Below are positions 51,466-64,000 of a stretch of 64,000 bases of DNA, in pieces. Position 1 is the stretch's first letter, and every line of letters starts with the position of its first letter. This DNA is from Owenia fusiformis (taxonomy: Eukaryota): assembly GCA_903813345.2 (NCBI GenBank), contig CAIIXF020000001.1, positions 23,622,001 to 23,686,000 of the forward strand, read 5' to 3'. The translations under genes were made by a program, and so were the position numbers. The notes under the pieces are model-generated. The model worked only from the letters and a program-made list of their open reading frames with translations. It was not told where the DNA came from and ran no database searches.

Positions 51466-54400
51466 TATCTTCTATTGGTCCTCATGAATAAAACAGAATA
51501 AACAACAAGACGAGCATAATACAGAGTACATAAGGCTAAATAAAATATAGAATGCAACTGCACAGTGGTTACACTATAATATTTAATGGAGACAACACAT
51601 ATTTTTACAACATTAAAATATTGATATAAAAATAATTCGTTCTGAAAAAAGATACGGTGAAAAGTTCTTTTTTCTATTGAACAGTGGTAGTAAATTGTAA
51701 TATGGAACACAATATTGTTATTTGCTAATTAGCAGACTGGCAATACGAGTAATGATCCAAAGGTGCCTTTGCATATGCTCTAAAACAATAATTCAATTGT
51801 TATCTGATGTGCTGCAAATGCAGGCAATAAAGTATAGTATAATAGCAAAGTTGAATTCTCAGGTATTATGTTATAAATAGTTAATCTGTACATACTTTAA
51901 CAATCTAGAACCTGGGTTCAGGTCTAAATCTAGATGCATGTGAGCTACTATACTAGGAAGAGTCAATGAATAATAAATACTTCTGTTGATTCTTCCTTTC
52001 CAACTCATTGTTTAATGTTTACTTGTAATACTTTAATCGATATAGCAACCCATTCAACCATGCCACCTATTGGTGATGTCTGATATCATTTACAATTCTG
52101 TTTATAAACATTTCTGCCTGTAAAGTATGAAATCATATATCAGAGACAATATACCTTAATTTTTTGTTCACCGTAAAAAGGTTTCAGGATTTATTGGAAT
52201 GGTCTATTCAATAAAACATTATTGAAAAGCCAACTTTTTGGACAACCCTTTTTTTCTTATGGTGCATATTAAACATAAAATATTGAACACAGCATATTGA
52301 ACACACCAACTACACAGTGCACATCTTTATTAAAGGGGCACTGTTGTATAAGACACTGGGGGCCTAATCTTTTTCTAAAAAAATATTTTGGGACTGGTTT
52401 GTTAAGGAATGAGAAAACAAATCTGAGAAAACTATTTTTGGTAAATTATTAGTAAAAAGGTTAAATCCCCAGTGTCTTCACTTAAATCCTCCTAGATTAT
52501 AAAAATAAGTTTGTTCTTCATTTAGTTATCTATAAAAATACAATCATATTTGTTCCTAGTTAACTAGTATCACAATGTATACTTGGTCCCTGGACTTATT
52601 TATTTTGGTCCTTATAATCTCATTATATTATGTAATAGGCAAAACTGTAAAACATGTTTATAGTAAACAGCATCCATTTACAGCATTCAGGGAAGTAAGA
52701 ACTGTAAAGGAACAGAAATGCCAGAAATGTGTTTCTGTAAGACGAGTGAAACTTTGCTACAATGGTGAAATAAAATTTCAGGAATTGCAACCTAGAATTA
52801 GAAGAGCCCTACAGAGAAGTGAAAGGTATTTATGAATCTGTTCACTGGGGGGGGTGGGGGTTATTGAGGTTATATTGTAGTTTTTTGATCTGTGTGCTTG
52901 ATAAAAATGCAGTTGCACTTAGGCCATATCTCATGAAGATGTCATAGATCACAGTTCCTGAAATACAGTTCTTTCACAATGAAGCATTTGTTCATAAAAT
53001 ATGATCATCAAAATTATTGATCAAAATTACATCATTATGAGCACTGTAATTTTTCTCAAAATAGAGCATTTTGTTTTATGTTATGTCCTAATTAATATTA
53101 AGCCGTCTGTTATTGTTAACATATCTTGTCGCCTCAATAGGTAGATTGGGTAAAAACTAATATCACTACTATATATTTAATTGTGCAAGCCAAAAAGTTC
53201 AAATTCAGCAAAAAGAACACAGTCATGTGGCAAACCATGTTTATAAAAAAATGAACACATTAATGTTAAGATCTTTGTATTTACTGGAATGGGATGTGAA
53301 ACATTTGGGTACATTTTAGTACAGTCAAAACAATTTTTGAATTCAGTTTCTCTCTCTGTCTGACTGACTCCTTTAATGAATTCATGCTTAATAAATGTTT
53401 CAATATTTGGTAAAATAAAAAATAGCCGCACCATCCTTTCATGCTAAACTAGCGAGGGGTCATTATTCATAACACTTCTAAAGCTATTATGACATCATGG
53501 AAATACTGAAGCGATATGTCAGTTGAGCAATACTGTCAAAGCATAGTACATGTAGTAGGCCTTATGATTAGTAATACTGGCATTAGAAAGCTGGGACAGG
53601 CAACAGCTTATAAAAGTAATAAATTGTGTAAGATAACAGAGAAGTGCAGGCCCATAGCTGGTATCGGGGATTTGGTTATTCAAGCAAACCCTCTGGCCAG
53701 AAATTCTTTCACAATCATGCAGTTTTAACCATTTAGAGCACTTTTCAAGTGGTATTGGGACAAAAATTGAATCACCTTGGCAAAAGCTGCCTATGGGCCT
53801 GGCAGTATGACTCTCAATGCTTTTCACACAGATTGAGTTGAAACAAAATTTCAAAACATAAGAACTATGAGCATGAACTAGGTAACATTGTAAAATATGT
53901 TACAATCTGGCTGTATACAGTATTTAATTTATTTACTTATTTCATTGATGATAATTCATCGCAAAAAAATATGAACACCGTTTTCATACATGTAACTTCT
54001 TGATTTTAAATCTAATTTTCTTTTCCATAACAGATGCTATCCAAAGTTCATCCACTGCTCAAATATTTTAAATTGAAATAGGAGATAACCTTATGAGTTG
54101 TAAATCTGAATTCTAGTAAATCTGAAAATCAGTTTTTAAGTTTTAACTCATTTCAAAAGAAAATTTTATAGGCTTATGCTTTCATTCAGTTGGTATTGGG
54201 ATGATTATAAAATGGTTTTAGGTAAATAAGCCCACCCTTTATATATGAAATATGCATATATTAAATTGAAAATTGATACTTAAATATGGAAGACAAAAGT
54301 TCACATTTGAGAAATTCCTATTTCCCGTATTAAAATGCAAAATATATTCTGAATTTCACAAAATTTAAGGTGAAATACCAATTATGCAAGCCTTTGTTTT

Positions 54401-54771
54401 TGCAGTCGACCAGACAGACCAAATGCAACCATTGACCAAACTGTAAATATTACCTGAAAATGCATGCCCTAATACCATGAGACAATTATGTGTGAGCGTG
54501 ACATGATTACACTCTATCTGGGAAATTATGCCCAATGATTATGCCATTCTGAAGAGTTGTATGTTATACCTGATCAATATTATTACACTTTTGACTTATG
54601 AGGCTTGTTAAAACCTTTACTAGATTATATTACATGGAAGACTAATAGACTGAATTGGTCCCTTGTGTGAGCTACATACATGAGGTACTCTCAACATAGA
54701 CATGCACATGTATGTCATAGCATCTGATATGAGTGGGAGTTATACATTATAAAATGCTCTCTAGCACAGTT

Positions 54772-58735
<3,964 letters not shown>

Positions 58736-58925
58736 AGTTGTTACCTTGGCAGACTATAACGTCATTGTATCACCCCTCTAAAAAATTAGATTAAAAGTAG
58801 TTCAGCCATTTCATTATCATATATTGACATTGATACTGATAGGGAGTTATTTCTTACACAAATATCGTGTAACTTTCTATTTGAATGTTTTCACTAATGT
58901 TTTAACTAAGATATGATGCTGTCAG

Positions 58926-60394
58926 TAGAGAGATTTCGCACATAAGTGAAAGTACAACTTATACGTATAGTTTAAAGGGTCATGTCGAACTATTATATTT
59001 ACTAAAATCAATTTTAAATTGTACTTAATGGAACATAACGATTCCCGTTATAGAAAAGCTCCATCAACTAGAGACTATGAATGCACTGTCATCTGCACAT
59101 GTAGATTTTGCACATTATAATTAAATGCTTGCTTCCATGTCCTTGTAGTTGTAGTGTATTATAAACACGATCCTTTAAAGGGAGTCATGATTCTTTAAAG
59201 TGAGTCATTACATAAACAAGTTGATTATTTCAATGTTTTCATGATCAGTATAAGTTCAATGAACTTACAAAACGGTATATTAACGTAGATGATAACGTAT
59301 ACAGTTGGATCTCCGTATAAAGATTTGCCTACATGTGTGTGGAACAATTGACCACAAGCATTTTTTAGAATTAATTGGCCGAGTGGGAACAGTATCCAAT
59401 CAAATACTTTAACCATCAATTTGAAACACCAATCAAACCAGTAGGTTCTAGCAATTCCTGGAAACGACCCATTCAGTAGCTCAACATATGACATACAGGG
59501 TGTTTCATAACGAGCATCTCCAAAAAGTCAATTTGAGAAGAGATGGGTCTATAACATATGTACTATACAGGGTGTCAAATAAGTCCCGTCCCCCCTGCTA
59601 CAGCTAAAACCTTAACAGACGGTACCTAGTGTGATATACCATTGGAAAGATCATCCAAAGTTATGTTAACTCACCAACTATCAAGTATTTTGGATGAAAT
59701 TTACCTATATTTTTATGATGTCTTTTATAGTTAACGTGCCCTCCTTTAAGTAGCTTTTTTGCGTCAAAATGACAAGGATATGACCTCAGAAATACGTCAA
59801 AAAGTTAATCTTTTTCGCATTCCACTTGTTACAAAAAGGTTTTCACCACTTTCCTTGCACCTCTATTTTCTACACATCTAACCCTATCCGGAAATTGGTT
59901 AAAATCATTGCCATAAACATATTTAGTCATCTTTTGGTCCCTGACCTTTCTTATTCCAGATTCTTAAAATCCGGCCAAATGCGCCAAACTGCCATGTTTC
60001 TAGGCATATGATCACCTCAATTGATACAATGTAAACATTTGTGAGATTGATTGACATGTGTCAGATATATGCCAATCAACATAACTTTGGAAGACCTTTC
60101 CAATGATATATCACACTTGGTTCCAAATATCCTGGTTCTAGCTGTAGAGGGGGGGACGGGACTTATTTGACACCCTGTATATGAGCCTATTTTATTCTAG
60201 ACAAACACATTTGGATCAACTAAACATGCTACGATTCAAGAAAGTACAAATGGCATCCCTTTGACCTGTATTTATTACAGTCCGAGAAGATCTTTCCTGA
60301 CGAAAAGCTCACATTATGAAACACCTTGTACTTTTACCTATAAGTATAAGTATACGTTATAAGTTGTACTTTCACTAGGTGCGAAATCTCTCTA
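58926..60394. mobile_element. Three nested TIR elements (58926-60394 > 59496-60328 > 59568-60177)
   Basis: Outer: tagagagatttcgcacataagtgaaagtacaacttata and its inverse. Middle: TA|CAGGGTGTTTCATAA..TTATGAAACACCTTG|TA. Inner: TA|CAGGGTGTCAAATAAGTCCCGTCCCCCC..GGGGGGACGGGACTTATTTGACACCCTG|TA. Confidence 0.88.
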
Positions 60395-60944
60395 GTATAT
60401 CAATATTAATCCTTAAAACATTTTTTTGCGAAAATCATTGTGATATGCAACCTTATTATTCGCAATCCCAACTACAGGACATAGCATGCCACTGATACCC
60501 AAGTTTGACACTCATAAAATGAGTGCGACTTATGCAGAGTAAGAGTCATGGCTGGGGCGGAATTCAATTGACAATTCTGTCAAATCAAGAGAAGGCGCAT
60601 GCAGCTCTTTAACAATGTTGAGTTGTGAATTTATTGTTTAATTTTTATCAATTTTTATCTTTGATTCCTTTCGCTTTCGCATAATCTCATCATGTAAAGT
60701 GCATTTCTTTTGCCATCATATTTATTTACAAATTTGTATTTCTGTCTAAGTTATGTAGCCGTCATCTTTTAATCTAAATAATAGAAGGATGTTGTAAGTA
60801 GATGATGCACACAAGTTACTTCGGTCCAAAGCCTTCTCTATATTCCGGCTTTGAGGAGGAAGATTGAGCTGCCTTAGTATTATAAATATTGTAAATCATT
60901 GTGTCACACGCACAGTAAATATGGCATAATAATATGAAATATAC

Positions 60945-62056
60945 CTTTATGTATAGATTTGAAGAACATCAGCTCACATCCCAGTCTGAATCTATTGTTA
61001 TATTTGATTTCTTTAAGCGAGAATAATTTCAAATGTTATTCACGTCCAGAACCGGAAGCCATTTTTAGCTACAGCGAGAAAATTTCACCATGTGTCAAAC
61101 TCCGAAATGAAATTTTGAAATATCTAAATCCAGACAAGCAACGCTTCAGCCTAAATATGATTAATATTCTTAAAAATATTTATAAAATTTATTAAAAATT
61201 AGTTCTAGGTGCGTGTAGCACAGTACATACGAAATCAATGAAGTTTCGTCTAGCTGTAAGCTAGAGACTCGAGTAACACACAAGGCGCTTCTTGCCTCAT
61301 CGTTTTTTCCTCCCTGGCTACGCCATTTTTCAGCGTTACAAATAATCAACTGACAAGTTGTTTGCAACATGATCAATAATAAAATGCTGCATTTGATTGA
61401 ATGAGTTATGCGAGAACAAAAGGAACTTTCAGAATAATTCTGTTGTTCCACTCAAAAATATTCAACTATTCTTATATTGCATAAATAACACTTTCCATGT
61501 CATTTACCAAAATGATGGAGCTTTACTTTCAGTTTTGAATCAGTTAAGCCATGTTTAGAACTTATCATTTTGTATATAAAGTAATTTCCATCCATTCATA
61601 AAACTACACTGAAACTCATTCATAAAACACATGGAAGTTTGAAACTTTTTGAATTAAGATTTTAGACACATCAAACCACACAACAACGATATTTATGGGT
61701 GTTTATATATGGGTTCTCAAATTACTTACCGCATGCAATATCTATATGAGAGAAATTATCTCTCTAAAATACACTTTATTGAGAAAATCATGAGCACATT
61801 TTGATATTATTTTTTGACCATATAGGTTGTCACTGGATGCCAAACTTTTGAATTGTGATGGTGGAATGAAATACTTTCTATGTTCAAAGGAAGATTTTAG
61901 ATTCAATATATATGAAATAAATAAGCAATATGAATAAACTATAATTAAAACATATGCATTTAGTGTATTATCTCAAACAATCAAGGAATTTTATTCTGAA
62001 GTTTGGATTTTAGATTTCTTTTACTTCCGGGTCACATGACCAAACATCAAAATGGC
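60945..62056. promoter_or_regulatory. Probable divergent promoter region for CDK4/6 (-) and ALIX (+), including a candidate non-coding CDK exon 1
   Basis: The CDK ATG exon has an acceptor at 58778-58779. A minus-strand donor AAG|gtat lies at 60941-60944. ETS/YY1-like composite ACCGGAAGCCATTTT at 61051-61065; ACTTCCGG plus GTCACATGAC at 62023-62040; CAAAATGGC over the ALIX ATG. Confidence 0.5.
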
Positions 62057-63712
62057 CGGTGAATTTATTGCAGTTCCTCTGAAGAAAACCTGGGAATTAG
62101 ATCACACTAAGCCTCTTAAGAATTTTATTTCAAACACATTTGCTAACGCAAGTCCCGAGGATTATAACAATGCCATTTCCGAGTTCAACAAACTTCGTAA
62201 TCAAATGATATCGAAGTCTTTAGACAAACATGAATCTGCCCTGGAAGTTTTGTACAGGTGAGTTGTCAAAAATGATTCATTTCTATGTGACACTGAAATT
62301 CATGATTAACTTATCAAATCAACTACACCATAGACTTAAAGAAATACCATGTCCAAGGCTATATTTTATTTAGAGCTGTTGTCTATAGTGTTGTCACGAT
62401 AGACTGTATCCTTCGTCTGAATAAATTCAGACCGAATATCATCATATTCCGTCTGTTGGATACTAAGATTTTCGACATCTAAAAAGTCACTCGACTTTTT
62501 TGTGATTTTGAATCACAGAAAGCATTCTGAAGTTTCAAATTGGCGCCATGTTTAATTTTTGGCATCCGCCTAATGTATATCACTTACCTTTTATTGATTC
62601 TTTCATGTTTCGCAAAAACTCAGTTTGACCAGAGTACTCTGTCTCACTGCTCGAATTTTCTTGAAAAATGTCTATTTTCTAATCACCCGGACACCATACG
62701 GTATACTTGGACTCGCCCAAAACGAGGGGTGTCCAACGCAAGATGGTAAAGATGAAGACATGTCGAAACTCTCAGAGAATCTATTCCATAATTTCAACAT
62801 TGCTACGCGGTTTTACGAGCGACATTGATGCATCACCAGAATCAGCTTTGGCGATGCATATCGCGATGTATCGATTAATCGCGACAACATTTATGCTTTC
62901 ACTTTGAAAATGTTTTAGCTTGCCAAAATGAACCAATGACCTCCAATTTTAACATTTGTTTTCACACACCGTTTTAGGTAGTATTATTTATTTGCTGCAT
63001 TCAGTATATTCACTGCATAACGTTCGATGTGCATCAATCTTTATTCCTACAAATTACAGACGCAACGATCTGCAATTATGGCACATTGCGACAATACTAG
63101 TTGTCTATTATGTGTTGTACTCTTGTCGCAATCTAGCCTAACCGATGGACATTTTCATTTATTATTAGCAATCTTCCTGAGTCAACATTTATGTACATTG
63201 TGAAAAATTATTGAAGACTTTCTGCTCAAAAAATTCCACTGATATATAATTGCATGGGAATTCTATAATCGTATAATAGTAATTCAACTTTCAGTAGAAG
63301 GTTTCATCATATTCAGCATCCAAGGTGGTTATAATTAAATAAATACCTAAGCTATATATTCTGTCTTGTGACATCTAAATGGTGTATCCTTCGAGAAGAA
63401 CTTCATGAAACCAATCAAAAGTATCAAAATATTTGTTTCATCACTTGTTACATGGAAAGGTATGTTGTCATAATCATAGGGAGAGTCCGTTTAGTGACAT
63501 GATATCTCTGCTTTGATAATATCATAGCATCATACCATTTGCCTAACATGCTTGATTTATTTTGAGATCTATATTTAGATCCCAGCTATACCATGAAGAG
63601 TCTATCCTCAGTATACTATTTCTAATACATGTACTTGTAATCTGTATTGTTTTTCAGGTATTATGACCAGTTGGTAGCCATTGACTCAAAGTTACCTATT
63701 TCGGAAAATCAG
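62052..63712 (+). CDS. PDCD6IP: ALIX / programmed cell death 6-interacting protein, Bro1 domain N-terminus (gene continues beyond the window)
   Basis: Exons 62052-62257 (AG|gtgagt) and 63658-63712 (CAG|gtatgt) give MAGEFIAVPLKKTWELDHTKPLKNFI..EFNKLRNQM..LDKHESALEVLYRYYDQLVAIDSKLPISENQ, the characteristic ALIX N-terminus. Confidence 0.95.
62386..62893. mobile_element. Possible degenerate hAT-like non-autonomous element in ALIX intron 1
   Basis: tagtgttgtcacgat versus atcgcgacaacattta, with a CpG-rich interior. No convincing TSD. Confidence 0.45.
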
Positions 63713-64000
63713 GTATGTTTAAAGTGAAGATTTTATGAAGTAAACAAGCTGAAGCTGAAGAAAATATGTTTACGAGAACATCAGAAAAAGAACTAAAAAA
63801 TGAGAAATAAATAGGTTGGGATGAAATGACAAAGGAAAGGTGAATTTTGATAGATTGTTTTTACATTTAAAAGACATATTAAATATTTTTTCTTTTACAT
63901 ACTACAGATATCAGTATTTTTAATGAGGTCTGAAAAGACTGGATCCTGAAAAATTGGATTAAAAAATATGGTGACCAGAAAAATTGTCATAGCTATTCTA

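Overview
AT-rich, intron-containing eukaryotic DNA from an invertebrate animal (repeat style and gene set suggest a lophotrochozoan, which is an inference). I reconstructed six protein-coding genes by hand using GT-AG splice sites with consistent phases. In order: the 3' part of an extended synaptotagmin (+, 3964-8245); a complete FYB/ADAP-like adaptor (-, 28893-15600, about 758 aa); a tandem GNAT/YitH-type acetyltransferase with a possible mitochondrial leader (+, 34773-36471); an intronless HEXIM (+, 41034-41954); a CDK4/6 (-, 58735-54772, about 440 aa); and the first two coding exons of ALIX/PDCD6IP (+, from 62052). Introns and spacers are full of non-autonomous DNA transposons. These include Tc1/mariner types with TA TSDs, TTAA piggyBac-like MITEs, a group of CA...TG elements with 5-bp TSDs (one is an 818-bp Transib/RAG-like foldback), two triple-nested stacks, a 1.7-kb intronic inverted duplication and one tRNA-like Pol III unit. 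I cannot demonstrate a wholly new biological system. The best leads are the CDK4/6 that naturally lacks the inhibitory G-loop tyrosine and carries a long C-terminal tail, the invertebrate ADAP-like adaptor, the atypical GNAT and the 5-bp-TSD element family.
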